Source: an uncultured Candidatus Poseidoniales archaeon
GTDB taxonomy: Archaea; Thermoplasmatota; Poseidoniia; Poseidoniales; Poseidoniaceae
Direction of reading: 5' to 3'
Length of the DNA stretch: 64,000 nt
Assembly: GCA_964412625.1 (NCBI GenBank)
Contig: CAYPPO010000004.1
Span: 11,480 to 75,479 of the forward strand
Part shown: positions 20,259 through 30,696 of the stretch, piece after piece
Layout: each line of letters begins with the position of its first letter
How positions within the stretch are numbered: the stretch's first letter is position 1
Notes under the pieces: model-generated
Told to the model about the DNA's origin: nothing
Database searches by the model: none
The model's input: the letters and a program-made list of their open reading frames with translations, nothing else
Position numbers and translations under genes: made by a program

Positions 20259-20633
20259 TTAGCCGATTTCTATCCTGCCGCCTAGTTGATAACCTAAAAA
20301 AGCGAATAATATACAGGTAACAAATGATAGTATTGCATATGCTAATGCGAGTGTGGCATTGTCATTCTTCAGCAATGTTACAGTCTCAACTGAAAATGTT
20401 GACATTGTCGTGAATGAACCAAGTAACCCTGTGCCAAAGAACAGCAAAATATCATCCGAATAACCTTGATTAATCGCTAGAATCGCTAAGACTCCTAAAG
20501 CAAAAGATCCAACCACATTAACCAAAAATGTCGATACAGGTAAGTCACCGGTTTCAATTATATTCCCCGCTCCGTAACGTAAAATCGCACCAATTGCGCC
20601 ACCGACTGCAACTAAGGCAACTTGTTGAAACAC
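20259..20633 (-). CDS. crcB: fluoride ion channel CrcB/FluC
   Basis: 124 aa with 4 TM helices and the motifs GGAIGAILRY and GSFTTMSTF. Confidence 0.9.
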   Translation of the reverse strand: MFQQVALVAVGGAIGAILRYGAGNIIETGDLPVSTFLVNVVGSFALGVLAILAINQGYSDDILLFFGTGLLGSFTTMSTFSVETVTLLKNDNATLALAYAILSFVTCILFAFLGYQLGGRIEIG

Positions 20634-20734
20634 AAGTTTTCTAGATGGTTCTATGTGTTAAATTATCTCATCGGAAAACCCTCTTCGGGACATTTTATCG
20701 ATAGACATGATAACTCGGTTTGTCTCGCCTTACC

Positions 20735-21400
20735 ATGGGTCCGACAGTTTGGTTCCTGACCAGCAACACCGGAAAACTTTCTGAAGCAGACAATCTCCTA
20801 ACTAAACTTGGCTACAAAGTTAAACAACTAATTGTGGAAAGCGACCAGTTATACGAGCCTCAAGCGGCGACCTTAGAAATTGTAGCTGAGTCGAAGATAA
20901 ATCAAGCATTAAACCACCTGCCAAGCGAATTTAATGATGGTGACATGATAATGGTTGAGGATGCAGGGTTATTTATCTCGGCCCTTGATGGGTTCCCTGG
21001 AGTATATTCTTCTTATGTACATTCCACAATTGGCAATCCAGGAATAATACGGCTTCTTAGCCATTTAGAAACTGAGGACCCTGTTTCAAGCGCAAATCTT
21101 AGAGCAGCCCATTTCAAAGCAGTTGCTGTAATATGGCATAACGGTGAGATTATGGTTGGCGAGGGGATTTGCCCGGGTCATATCGCTGTTGAGCCGATGA
21201 ATGGCAATGGCTTTGGCTTTGATCCAATATTCATTCCCTACGATTTAGATGCAGACCTACAGCCTCTCAGTGCGGGTAACTATGGTGAATACAGTACTCA
21301 TGGGAAAACCTTCGGCGCCGTGGATTTAGCGGTAAAGAACAAGTTTAGTCATCGGAGTAAAGCGTTAAAAAATTTGTTTAACCAACTGCCATCAGCATGA
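20735..21400 (+). CDS. non-canonical purine NTP pyrophosphatase (HAM1/RdgB/ITPase family)
   Basis: Motifs TSNTGKLSEA, EDAGLFISALDGFPGVYS, FGFDPIF and FSHRSKA. ATG 20735 is preferred over the track's TTG 20720. Confidence 0.85.
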   Translation: MGPTVWFLTSNTGKLSEADNLLTKLGYKVKQLIVESDQLYEPQAATLEIVAESKINQALNHLPSEFNDGDMIMVEDAGLFISALDGFPGVYSSYVHSTIGNPGIIRLLSHLETEDPVSSANLRAAHFKAVAVIWHNGEIMVGEGICPGHIAVEPMNGNGFGFDPIFIPYDLDADLQPLSAGNYGEYSTHGKTFGAVDLAVKNKFSHRSKALKNLFNQLPSA

Positions 21401-21433
21401 TAAATTAGAAGCAACTGGAGGAGTGTGAGGGAC

Positions 21434-22336
21434 ATGGGATTCTTGAGGACACTTTGTGGGCTTGTCGCCTTAAGTGCCGGCATTTTCTATCTCACCGCTG
21501 CCTCAAGCCTGTCCGATAATGGCTCATGGTCGCTGATTGGAATTACGTTTGGCGCCACTTTTGCTTGGGTCTTGTTAGGTGGTCGAGGTGCTAAGAAAGC
21601 GACACAGGTTCAAGCAGCGCTACCGGTAAGCGACTTAACGGAAGAGGTCGATGAGGAAATAGCCACAGATACTGACCTTCCTCCGCCAGTCACTGCAGAA
21701 GACAATCTAGATGGTGTGTCATTGCGAGAGAGAAAATTAGCAAAAATTCAGGCGGCGCAACAGCAAGATACCGATTCTGAAGATAATGTTGAAGACGCTG
21801 AGGATATAGAAACAGTCGAAGTAACTCTTGAAAATGTTCACACTGCGGACGAGTATGTGGTTGAGGTTAGCCCTGAATCAGTGGAAGATGCCGATATTGA
21901 GATGACAGTATCCAACCGCCGAGTCAAGCATCAAGAAATCAGGCAGCGTATTGAGAAGCGCAGACGTAATCAACTTGCCGAAATTAGAGCCTCAACCGTG
22001 AGAATGTGGGAGGAACACAGCGAAGGCGAAGATATCGTCGCAGTACTACAAAACCCTCAGCACGGTTTGGTAGTATTAGATGAGCCTTTGAAGCCTGAGG
22101 CTGGACATGTGTATGGTGCTACTTTCATTCGTCTTGACGAAGCAACAATCCTCAAACTTAGAACTCCACTAGACTCTGGATTTGAAGAGGTTGAAAAGAA
22201 ACCAAAATTACCTGAACTACCGGGCTTGGATGGGATGCCATTACCGCCAATGCCTGATGGGGACTTACCACTGCCTCCATTACCCAATGCAAGTGATGCT
22301 CTTGCAGCGATGAAGTTACAGATGGATGAAGATTGA
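21434..22336 (+). CDS. hypothetical membrane-anchored acidic protein with a proline-rich C-terminus
   Basis: Two N-terminal TM helices, a long D/E-rich region, and a C-terminal PELPGLDGMPLPPMPDGDLPLPPLP. No family recognised. Confidence 0.45.
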   Translation: MGFLRTLCGLVALSAGIFYLTAASSLSDNGSWSLIGITFGATFAWVLLGGRGAKKATQVQAALPVSDLTEEVDEEIATDTDLPPPVTAEDNLDGVSLRERKLAKIQAAQQQDTDSEDNVEDAEDIETVEVTLENVHTADEYVVEVSPESVEDADIEMTVSNRRVKHQEIRQRIEKRRRNQLAEIRASTVRMWEEHSEGEDIVAVLQNPQHGLVVLDEPLKPEAGHVYGATFIRLDEATILKLRTPLDSGFEEVEKKPKLPELPGLDGMPLPPMPDGDLPLPPLPNASDALAAMKLQMDED

Positions 22337-22347
22337 GTTCTGTTGAC

Positions 22348-23190
22348 TTACCTGTCTTGCCACTTTGGTTTGGCTCTATCCATGAAGGCTTTCACGCCTT
22401 CTTCCTTGTCGTTGCTATCGAATAATTTGGCGAATTCTTCCGCCTCAATTGCCACACCTTCCTCCAGTGTATTGTTCAAAGAAGCCTTAATGACGCGCTT
22501 TGCTGTAGTTAGGATGAGCACTGATTTACTAGCAATTTTGTTGGCTATATCCAATGTGAAATTCTCCAATTCATCCGGCGAGCATACGTGATTAACCAGG
22601 CCGATAGATTTAGCATCCAAGGCTCCAATCATTTCACCCGTCATGACCATTTCTAGTGTTTTGCCATAACCGACTAACTTGGCTAACCGTTGTGTAGCGC
22701 CGTAGCCTGGAATTAAACCGAGATTAATTTCAGGGGTTCCAAACTTAGATCGCTCAGAGGCAATTCTAATGTCGCAAGCACATGCCACCTCACAACCTCC
22801 TCCCAGTGCAAAACCATCGATCATTGCTATTGTCGGCTTGGTTAAACCCCACAAGGCCTCAACCGCATTGTCAGTAAACTTGACTTTAGCAGCCTCACTG
22901 TCCATGCCAACAAATTCTGAAATATCCGCTCCGGCGACAAAGGCATTTGGTTTCGGCCGTTTTCCTTCTTCAGCTGGTAGTGGCTTAGCCCCAGCAATAA
23001 TCACACACCTTACCGATTCGTTGTTTTCAACCCACGCACAGAACTTTTTCAGCGAATCCATAATCTCTGCATTCAAAGCATTCAGCTTACTTGGCCGATT
23101 TATTACTGCTTTAGCAATGTAGCCCTCTAATAAATCATCGTTAATTGGAATTTTTTCCACTGTCAATACAGTCGTACTTGGGTCGTCCAT
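22348..23190 (-). CDS. enoyl-CoA hydratase/isomerase (crotonase) family
   Basis: Crotonase blocks (FVAGADISEF; AMIDGFALGGGCEVACACDIRIA; FGTPEINLGLIPGYG). Internal start MDDPSTTV at 23190 is chosen to avoid overlap with the divergent ABC gene. Confidence 0.85.
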   Translation of the reverse strand: MDDPSTTVLTVEKIPINDDLLEGYIAKAVINRPSKLNALNAEIMDSLKKFCAWVENNESVRCVIIAGAKPLPAEEGKRPKPNAFVAGADISEFVGMDSEAAKVKFTDNAVEALWGLTKPTIAMIDGFALGGGCEVACACDIRIASERSKFGTPEINLGLIPGYGATQRLAKLVGYGKTLEMVMTGEMIGALDAKSIGLVNHVCSPDELENFTLDIANKIASKSVLILTTAKRVIKASLNNTLEEGVAIEAEEFAKLFDSNDKEEGVKAFMDRAKPKWQDR

Positions 23191-23275
23191 GGACTCCCTA
23201 ATACAAACAACTTCATCATTTATCCGATTGTGGTCTAAACCAATAATACATAGAATAGAACACACACCAATATTC

Positions 23276-24052
23276 ATGGGTGAGAGTGCGCCGTTGGTAA
23301 AGGCAGTTGATATGGCAAAGAAGTATGGTGACTTTATTGCGCTTCATCCACTCAATGTTGAGGTACATTCAGGAGAATTTTTCGGCGTGTTCGGGCCTAA
23401 TGGCGCTGGGAAATCGACATTTATCAAATTGCTAACAGGCCAACTTAGACCAAGTAAAGGACGAATCGAAGTTCTCGGCATAAATGCCACAGAATCACCC
23501 CAGAAGGTCAAAGCCAATATCGGTATTGTTCCCGAATCAGAATCTCCTCCCTCTTACTTAACGCCGGTAGAATTTCTGCAATTTGTCGCCAAACTACGAG
23601 ACCTTGAGGATAATGACAACAAGGTAGAGTATTGGTTGGATTGGTTTGGACTTGAAGAAAAAAGAAATACGATGTGCAAGGATTTGTCGAAAGGACAACG
23701 TCAGAAGGTGATGCTAGCATCAGCCTTTATTCACAAACCTAAGTTGCTATTTCTTGATGAACCATTTGCTAATCTCGACCCTATATATCAAAGAAAATGC
23801 CGTGAATGGTTACTTGACCATGTAAAAAATGGCGGAACGATATTCCTCTGCTCACACGTTCTTGAGATGGCTGAGAGAATGTGTAACAGAATGGCGATTA
23901 TTAATGATGGTAAGGTACTTGCTGCAGGAACTGTTAGAGACCTCAAGCAAAATTCAGAAGAGACTCTCGAAGATGTGTTTATTCGTTTGGTTGGTAAATC
24001 GATTGAGGATGTTGAAAAATTATTCGAACACGAGGTATCTGAGGAGGAATAA
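23276..24052 (+). CDS. ABC transporter ATP-binding protein
   Basis: Walker A GPNGAGKST, signature LSKGQRQK, Walker B LLFLDEP. Start taken at ATG 23276 (MGESAPLV). Confidence 0.9.
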   Translation: MGESAPLVKAVDMAKKYGDFIALHPLNVEVHSGEFFGVFGPNGAGKSTFIKLLTGQLRPSKGRIEVLGINATESPQKVKANIGIVPESESPPSYLTPVEFLQFVAKLRDLEDNDNKVEYWLDWFGLEEKRNTMCKDLSKGQRQKVMLASAFIHKPKLLFLDEPFANLDPIYQRKCREWLLDHVKNGGTIFLCSHVLEMAERMCNRMAIINDGKVLAAGTVRDLKQNSEETLEDVFIRLVGKSIEDVEKLFEHEVSEEE

Positions 24053-24054
24053 TT

Positions 24055-25749
24055 TTGCCAGGTGCCCAAATAACCTCCAGAGATTGGGATGATATTGACC
24101 GTTCCAATACGCTAACGGGATTGGGTACCCATTCTGGCGGACAATTGCTCTTAACACCATTACGGGGTCTGTCATCGTTTAGAGCAACGTTTGAGGTCAT
24201 GTTTAAAGAAGAATTTCGCAAGAATGTCGAATTCGCAAAAGCCAGACAAATGGTGCTTTTCCCAATGCTACTAGCCTTGGTGACTATGGTATCAACCGTT
24301 GGACTCCAATTTTTGGTAGGAGACTCTGCCGCTCAAACAACTGATACAGAGGCAAATAGTTTCACATGGCAAGAACTACGTTTTGCCCTTCACCTACCGC
24401 TTCTAATATTTAGTTTAGGGATGGGTACATTTGCCTTTATGGGTAGGGATGCATTGGTTAGGAGGACAGCAACAAAAAATCATTTGTTAGCATCTCCAGC
24501 ACTACAACCTCTGCCAAATTCAATGGCCCATTTCGCTTACTTTGTCAAAGATCTGGTATTCTACGTTTTACTTATCCTGTCGCCAATTATTGTTGGCATG
24601 GGGCTTGGTAAGGGTCTTGACACCGTTTTTGGTATAACTACTCCCCTGGAGTATTCCAGTCTACCTTGGACATGGTTTGCCATGGTTGTCACACTCGCTC
24701 AAGGTCTAGCCCTATCATTTTTAGCATCAGCTCTCTGGATGAGGGGAAGGCCATTCACTATTTTCGGACCAATGGTGGTAATTCTATTTGGGATTATTAT
24801 CGGAGTAGGAGTATTTGAAATAGAAACAATATTGATTGGTTTGAATATACAAACTAGCAAGAATTTGTTAATTGGGGTGATTAGTTTTGCACTGTGTTTA
24901 TTCTTAGGATATTTATCATCGCTCCTAATTATCGATGATTTCGATGTCGGAGTGGTTGAGAAGGGCGATTTATACAAACCAATTTATGACAAATTATCCT
25001 TTTTGGGGCGTGGCCAAATAAGACTAATTGTCGCAAAAGAGTTTGTTGACTTATTTAGGTCTGGCTCCATTAAAAAAATGGTCGTGTCGTATACAATCCC
25101 ATTAGCAGTATTACTCGGAATGGCTTGGTTAATTGATTTTGCCGAGGCACCAATACCGATTAATCTGTTGTCCTATGCACCATTCTTAGGATTCTTTGGG
25201 TTCAACTTTTACTCATGGTTGACCATATTAGACTCTCCCGAATTTATGAATGGCTTACCAGTTAGAGTGCCTCAATTAATCAGGGCAAAAGTGCTGGTGT
25301 ACTTTTTAATCACATCATGGATTTCATTAATTTTCATAATTTTAATGGCCTGGAGATTAAATGAGTGGGGATCGCTTCCAACCAGCATAATCGTAATGTT
25401 TGCTAATTCAATTTACATCGTCGCGTTGACAGCATTTCTAATGGGATTACGACCAAATAAAGCAATTTTCGATGCATCGATTATGATATGGTTCTGGGTT
25501 GGCACGGTTTTACCACTACTCGGTTTGTTTTTACTATCTTTTACTCAGGGTGATGTCTCACTGTATGGTAACTGGTGGGAACGCGCATCACAAGACGGTC
25601 TGGCGGCAACTGCTGGCATGTATGATGAGACAATGGTAAGACAAGGCTACGTCGGCATGTTGGCAATTTCCGGATTCTTATTGTTTGCTTCAGCGGTACT
25701 TTGGAAACTGATGGACAGACGCTGGGGAGCGGCTGAATTTAACAATTAA
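24055..25749 (+). CDS. polytopic membrane protein, probable permease partner of the adjacent ABC ATPase
   Basis: 564 aa with at least 10 hydrophobic helices. A TTG start follows the SD GAGGAGGA by 6 nt and lies 2 nt after the ATPase stop. Confidence 0.6.
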   Translation: MPGAQITSRDWDDIDRSNTLTGLGTHSGGQLLLTPLRGLSSFRATFEVMFKEEFRKNVEFAKARQMVLFPMLLALVTMVSTVGLQFLVGDSAAQTTDTEANSFTWQELRFALHLPLLIFSLGMGTFAFMGRDALVRRTATKNHLLASPALQPLPNSMAHFAYFVKDLVFYVLLILSPIIVGMGLGKGLDTVFGITTPLEYSSLPWTWFAMVVTLAQGLALSFLASALWMRGRPFTIFGPMVVILFGIIIGVGVFEIETILIGLNIQTSKNLLIGVISFALCLFLGYLSSLLIIDDFDVGVVEKGDLYKPIYDKLSFLGRGQIRLIVAKEFVDLFRSGSIKKMVVSYTIPLAVLLGMAWLIDFAEAPIPINLLSYAPFLGFFGFNFYSWLTILDSPEFMNGLPVRVPQLIRAKVLVYFLITSWISLIFIILMAWRLNEWGSLPTSIIVMFANSIYIVALTAFLMGLRPNKAIFDASIMIWFWVGTVLPLLGLFLLSFTQGDVSLYGNWWERASQDGLAATAGMYDETMVRQGYVGMLAISGFLLFASAVLWKLMDRRWGAAEFNN

Positions 25750-25752
25750 TTC

Positions 25753-26382
25753 ATGTTGAATAAAAAAAGATTCATATTGAATAATAGGTACCTTGATGAA
25801 TCACCAATCTCAGGCATTAGTATGGGTCACGCTGTGGCAGTGTGCGGAATGCCCGGTTCCGGCAAAGGTGAGTTTGCTGAGATAATCGCAGCTAACGGTA
25901 TCCCAGTTAGGTCGATGGGCGATATGGTAAGGGCTGAGGTAAAGGCACGAGGCATAGCAGGTAGTCCAACTGTTTACGGCGATGTAGCGGCAGATTTGCG
26001 AGCTAAATATGGAGAAGATGTGCTGGCGATTAGACTTGCCGACGAAGTTACAGAATTAATGAAATCACACCCATTAGTGCTTATTGAAGGGATGCGCGGC
26101 ACTGCGGAATTTGAAATTTTCAACTCAAGATGGCAACCAAATTTTAGTAGCGTTGCAATAATTGCCGACCAAGAAATTAGATTTCAAAGAACCCAAACAA
26201 GGGGCCGCAGTGAAGATGGTGACAGGGAACAATTCCATATTAGAGAACAGAGGGAAGCGGGGTGGGGCTTATATTCTCTAATTGAGTCTGCAGATTTTAC
26301 CCTAAATAATGAATCGACTTTGGATGACTTAGAAAAACTAGCAGATAAATGGCTCGAAGACTTCACAAAAAATAACTTGTGA
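25753..26382 (+). CDS. P-loop nucleotide kinase-like protein (archaeal UPF0200 / dephospho-CoA-kinase-like family)
   Basis: Walker A VCGMPGSGKGEF and small-kinase size. The family assignment is tentative. Confidence 0.45.
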   Translation: MLNKKRFILNNRYLDESPISGISMGHAVAVCGMPGSGKGEFAEIIAANGIPVRSMGDMVRAEVKARGIAGSPTVYGDVAADLRAKYGEDVLAIRLADEVTELMKSHPLVLIEGMRGTAEFEIFNSRWQPNFSSVAIIADQEIRFQRTQTRGRSEDGDREQFHIREQREAGWGLYSLIESADFTLNNESTLDDLEKLADKWLEDFTKNNL

Positions 26383-26453
26383 AAAATAAAATTGGTGGAT
26401 AGTGTAGTTGTTTTTAGCCTTCGTTTCACCGAAGTGTTATAGTTATCCAATGC

Positions 26454-28019
26454 ATGTCATCAAATGCATCGGCAGGGGGATATGGTTTGGCGAGAAAACG
26501 TGGGAAGCGCGGAGATTCTAAAAAACGGCAGCGCGCACAGCAAAGAGCACAATATGATGAACTCGACAAATATCCTGTCATGCCACCGCATGCATTCGCT
26601 AGAGTCGTACGTGACAGATCGACCCTAAATATCATCTATCAGATTATTGAGCCACCGATGACCAAGAAAGAAGAACAATATCGAGAAGAGATAATGGACA
26701 TCTTCATTCGCTCTTTGACCGCTAATATCGACGAGATAGACGCCAACCCTGAAGCATATCTCAGAACCGCAATGGACAAGGTCATCAAGTCATATGGTAT
26801 GAAAATCAACAAAAAGTCAAAATCTAAAATCTTCTACTATCTGAAAAGAGACCTGATTGGTTATGGCCAGATGGACGTGTTGATGAACGATGCAAATGTA
26901 GAGGATATATCTTGTGATGGCACAAATGTGCCAATTTTTGCTTATCATCGTAAATTCGAATCAGTAGAAACTACTTGCATTTGGAAAACCGATGATGAAA
27001 TAGAGTCATATGTCATCAAATTAGCACAAAGATGTGGTAAGCACATTTCAGTTGCCGACCCGCTTCTGGATGCTACCCTGATGGATGGTTCAAGAATTGT
27101 AATGAAGTTAGGGCATGAAGTGTCCACTAGAGGTTCTTCGTTTTGTATTCGTAGATTCAAAGAAGATCCGTTCTCTCCAGCAGACATTATTGCGTTTAGA
27201 ACAATGTCTTCATTGATGGTATCCTACCTTTGGATTGCGTTCCAAAACGAGGTGCCTATGCTGTTTGTTGGTGGTACTGCATCCGGAAAAACCACCACAC
27301 TAAACGCCATGTGTATTTTCATACCTTGGCAGATGAAAATCGTATCAATCGAGTCTACTAGAGAAGTGAACATTCCTCAACCAAACTGGGTGCCTGGTTT
27401 GACTAGGCAAGGTTTCGGTGGAGAATCAACTGAGGGCGTAATTGGAGAATTCGAGTTATTGAAAGCCGCGCTTAGAGAACGACCAGAATATATCATTGTG
27501 GGCGAAATCCGTGGTGCGGAAGCATATGTTCTATTCCAAGCGATGGCGACAGGCCACTGTGCGTACTCAACAGTGCACGCAGACTCAGTTCCGTCACTAG
27601 TCCACAGATTAGAAAATAAACCAATTGACATTCCTCGTGTACTCCTGCCTGCGTTGGAAGCCTGTTCAATACAGATTCAAACTAGAATCAACGGAAAACG
27701 TGTGAGAAGAACGAAGCAACTCGTTGAGATTGTCGGTATCGATCCTAACTCACTAGAAGTCATTACCAATGAGGTATTCAGGTGGGATGTGACTTCAGAT
27801 GACTTTATTTTTAGCGGCAAGTCGTACGTCCTAGAGAAAATCATGGTGAAACTAAATTACTCGCAAGATGATATGAGAAGAGAACTGAGAACGAGAAAAA
27901 GGATTCTAGAATGGATGGTCCTTAATGATATCAGGAAAGCGGACCAAGTTTCACAAATTGTTACAGAGTATTATGTACGTCCTAATGAAATTCTAGCTCG
28001 AGTAGACGGATTACGTTGA
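26454..28019 (+). CDS. type IV filament assembly ATPase (FlaI/ArlI/TadA-like, T2SSE/VirB11 superfamily)
   Basis: Walker A FVGGTASGKTTTLNA, Walker B/Asp box PEYIIVGEIRGAEA, His box HCAYSTVHADS, and a basic N-terminal tail. Confidence 0.9.
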   Translation: MSSNASAGGYGLARKRGKRGDSKKRQRAQQRAQYDELDKYPVMPPHAFARVVRDRSTLNIIYQIIEPPMTKKEEQYREEIMDIFIRSLTANIDEIDANPEAYLRTAMDKVIKSYGMKINKKSKSKIFYYLKRDLIGYGQMDVLMNDANVEDISCDGTNVPIFAYHRKFESVETTCIWKTDDEIESYVIKLAQRCGKHISVADPLLDATLMDGSRIVMKLGHEVSTRGSSFCIRRFKEDPFSPADIIAFRTMSSLMVSYLWIAFQNEVPMLFVGGTASGKTTTLNAMCIFIPWQMKIVSIESTREVNIPQPNWVPGLTRQGFGGESTEGVIGEFELLKAALRERPEYIIVGEIRGAEAYVLFQAMATGHCAYSTVHADSVPSLVHRLENKPIDIPRVLLPALEACSIQIQTRINGKRVRRTKQLVEIVGIDPNSLEVITNEVFRWDVTSDDFIFSGKSYVLEKIMVKLNYSQDDMRRELRTRKRILEWMVLNDIRKADQVSQIVTEYYVRPNEILARVDGLR

Positions 28020-28033
28020 GAGGATTGGTCTGA

Positions 28034-29053
28034 ATGGAACTGACAGCATGGCAAAGATTCTGTAACAGAATTCTTGGTAGAATCTTGAAGAAAAGAGCCC
28101 GCAGGGACTCAGCACTATCCGAAAATTTAGTCAAGGGTTCTATGGGAATAATGCCAGAGGTTTACCTTTCAACCGTTATTTTCACATCAATAGCAATAGC
28201 AATCGTTTGTTGGGGGATTATTGGAATATTCTTCATGCCCGAATTTGGTGTAATTGCTTTTTGGGAAAGCCTGCAAGACCCCGCAACTATCAATCCGTGT
28301 CTGGATTGGGAATATTGGGAACCAGAACTCATCGATAAATCAAAACCAGGTAATGGTTGTCCGGAATACGCAACTAGGATATTCCCCCCACCATTCAAAT
28401 TTCTCATTGTGATTCTATTCGGTGCAGCATTCCCGTATGCCGGATTTCTTTTGGTTCGCAGTGGGGCGAAGCGTGAGGCAGATCGAAGAGGTGCACAAAT
28501 CGAAAAATACCTTCCATATGCTGCATCTTACACCGCCGCTATGTCTGCAGCGAATGCAACACCAGCCAAGATTTTCCGGTCATTAGCGATGAACAAAGAT
28601 ATCTATGGTGACGTGTCTGAAGATGCCGGTTTGATTTATCGAGATGTCACACTGCTCGGTTATGACTTAATCACTGCAATCAAACTTAGTGTAGACCGGG
28701 CAGCGTCAGTGTGGTTAACTGAGTTTTTCCAGGGTATGGTCGGAACCTTGACTTCTGGTGGTCATTTGAAATTGTATTTCTTGAATCGTGCTGAACACTA
28801 CATGAGAGAGAATCGAACGAGACTACAACAATTCTTGGAATCTATTGCATTGTTGGCTGAATCCTACATTGTTGTGGCGGTTGCGATGCCACTGTTCTTA
28901 ATCGTGATGTTGGTTATTATGTTCTGGGTTTCTGGTTCGGGTGCCCAAATGTCTGAAGGAATGCTATATGGTATCGTTCTTGGATTCATTCCAATGATTC
29001 ACCTTGCTTATGCTGTGCTGGTGTACACAAGCAGTAAGGAACAGGAAATGTGA
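28034..29053 (+). CDS. type IV filament membrane platform protein, single T2SSF domain (FlaJ/TadB-like, first half)
   Basis: T2SSF-like core (EKYLPYAASYTAAMSAANATPAKIFRSLA...) flanked by TM helices. It is in the same reading frame as the next ORF, separated only by TGA plus 3 codons. Confidence 0.75.
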   Translation: MELTAWQRFCNRILGRILKKRARRDSALSENLVKGSMGIMPEVYLSTVIFTSIAIAIVCWGIIGIFFMPEFGVIAFWESLQDPATINPCLDWEYWEPELIDKSKPGNGCPEYATRIFPPPFKFLIVILFGAAFPYAGFLLVRSGAKREADRRGAQIEKYLPYAASYTAAMSAANATPAKIFRSLAMNKDIYGDVSEDAGLIYRDVTLLGYDLITAIKLSVDRAASVWLTEFFQGMVGTLTSGGHLKLYFLNRAEHYMRENRTRLQQFLESIALLAESYIVVAVAMPLFLIVMLVIMFWVSGSGAQMSEGMLYGIVLGFIPMIHLAYAVLVYTSSKEQEM

Positions 29054-29062
29054 GTTGATATC

Positions 29063-30685
29063 ATGGCTCGGAAGAAGAAGCGAAAACTAGTCGTCGAACT
29101 AGACCTTCCCAAAGATGATAGAACGTTGAAGAACTTGTATATCATCATATTTTTCTCCGTAATACTCGGACTATCCTCTGGGATAATGTGGCTGACAAAC
29201 TCGGGCTTTATTCCGACCGCCAACGGGGAACCTATGTTCACCAATGTATACTGCGGTGCTACCGCAGAAGATGACTTAGGAACCGATTATTCTGCAGAAT
29301 TTAGTGGTACAGTCAAACCATCCTATCAAGCTAATGAATCCTGTGCAATTTTACAAGACCGACCAGATCAATTAGAATGGTCTGAGAAACCTTGGACGAA
29401 TTTCAATTCTAAAGCTAAATCCTTTGACGTACCAGGAATGCCTGAACAAATTAAAGGCAATGTTGTGATAGAACAGCCGCTATCGTTGACTTGCAATGTT
29501 GAAGCTGCAACGGCAACGGAATATACTGTAGTTGTTAGAGATCCAGACCTAAATGTATTGCCAGGGGGATTATTTACCGGTACCACCGGAAAGGATAGTG
29601 ACGTTTGCGAAATAAACATTGACAATCTAGAGCCAGATCGGGGCTATGAGGTTGCGATATTTTCCAATGAAGAGGGTAAGCGACTAAATTCTGCAGAATT
29701 TGATCTAACCCTAGATTTCTATGACGGCATTCCAACAAACATGAACAATAAATCATATTGGCTTGGTCCAAAACTAGAGCTTGGACCATTCGACCTAAGG
29801 CCAATGATATTCCTAAATTTCTTTGGATTGACCTTCTTTTTCTTACTTTACCCTGCGTCATTTTACTGGGAAAAAGTCGAGAAGAGAAAGAATGAGATAG
29901 AGGAGAAATTTCCGGATTTCCTTAGAGATATGGCAGAGTACTGGAAAGGTGGCCTTTCGATGACTGTAGCAGTTCAGACGCTGGTAAAGTCTGAATATGG
30001 TGCGCTGAATGATGAAGTAAAGAAAATGTCCGATCAATTAAGCTGGGGTATCAAATTTAGTGATGTTATCAAACAATTCTCCGAGCGTGTTGGCACTCCC
30101 TTGGTAAAGCGTGCGATTACATTGATTGCTGAAGCAGATAGAGCGGGTGGGAAAATTTCAGATATCCTGGTCACAGCAGCAAATGACTCACGAGAAATTA
30201 AATTCTTAGAAGGTGAAAGAAGCCGTGCTATTGGCTCTTACATTGCGGTTATTTGGACCTCATATTTCGTTTTCCTGGGCGTTATTACACTACTAGGTAA
30301 GATCTTTATTCCGGCTATTGCAAAGTCCAATTCAGGTGACGAAGGCGGCGGCGATACCGGTGGCGCTAATATCGGAAACATGACAATTAGGTCAATAGAT
30401 CCATTGTTTTTCGTTACCGTATTCTATTACGGAGTTACCATGCAAGCACTAGGTAACGGCGCCATGGCAGGTTTGATGCAAAATGGTCGTTTCTCGGCTG
30501 GATTCAAACACTCCGGAATGATGATTATTGCAGCATTATTAGCGTTTAATCTCCTTGTATTCAGTCCGGACCTCATTGGTGAATCAAGTCACGCATTTTC
30601 GCAATTGATTGTCACATCGGACTCAACTTACACGGTCGGTTTAAATCCATCAGGTGGTGGTTATGTGCCTTCACCGATAATCTGA
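29063..30685 (+). CDS. type IV filament membrane platform protein, single T2SSF domain (FlaJ/TadC-like, second half) with a ~200-aa extracytoplasmic N-terminal insertion
   Basis: Classic T2SSF block (FPDFLRDMAEYWKGGLSMTVAVQTL...LVKRAITLIAEADRAGGKISDIL), plus a TM1 - soluble Cys-containing domain - TM2 arrangement. Confidence 0.8.
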   Translation: MARKKKRKLVVELDLPKDDRTLKNLYIIIFFSVILGLSSGIMWLTNSGFIPTANGEPMFTNVYCGATAEDDLGTDYSAEFSGTVKPSYQANESCAILQDRPDQLEWSEKPWTNFNSKAKSFDVPGMPEQIKGNVVIEQPLSLTCNVEAATATEYTVVVRDPDLNVLPGGLFTGTTGKDSDVCEINIDNLEPDRGYEVAIFSNEEGKRLNSAEFDLTLDFYDGIPTNMNNKSYWLGPKLELGPFDLRPMIFLNFFGLTFFFLLYPASFYWEKVEKRKNEIEEKFPDFLRDMAEYWKGGLSMTVAVQTLVKSEYGALNDEVKKMSDQLSWGIKFSDVIKQFSERVGTPLVKRAITLIAEADRAGGKISDILVTAANDSREIKFLEGERSRAIGSYIAVIWTSYFVFLGVITLLGKIFIPAIAKSNSGDEGGGDTGGANIGNMTIRSIDPLFFVTVFYYGVTMQALGNGAMAGLMQNGRFSAGFKHSGMMIIAALLAFNLLVFSPDLIGESSHAFSQLIVTSDSTYTVGLNPSGGGYVPSPII

Positions 30686-30696
30686 GGGGTGATTTC

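Noticed and set aside
20634-20734. Possible fluoride riboswitch upstream of crcB
   Set aside because: The ~85-100-nt spacer, read on the crcB strand, lacks the conserved crcB-motif elements (a GGCGAUGG-like 5' segment and a CUGAUGAUGCCU-like 3' segment). Only an unrelated CCGAUGAG string is present.
22348-23277. Long N-terminal extensions that make the crotonase (to 23277) and the ABC ATPase (from 23189) overlap by ~90 nt on opposite strands
   Set aside because: The extensions (MNIGVCSILCIIGLDH..., MDSLIQTTSSFIRLW...) lack family homology. The internal starts at 23190 and 23276 give normal N-termini and a normal divergent spacer.
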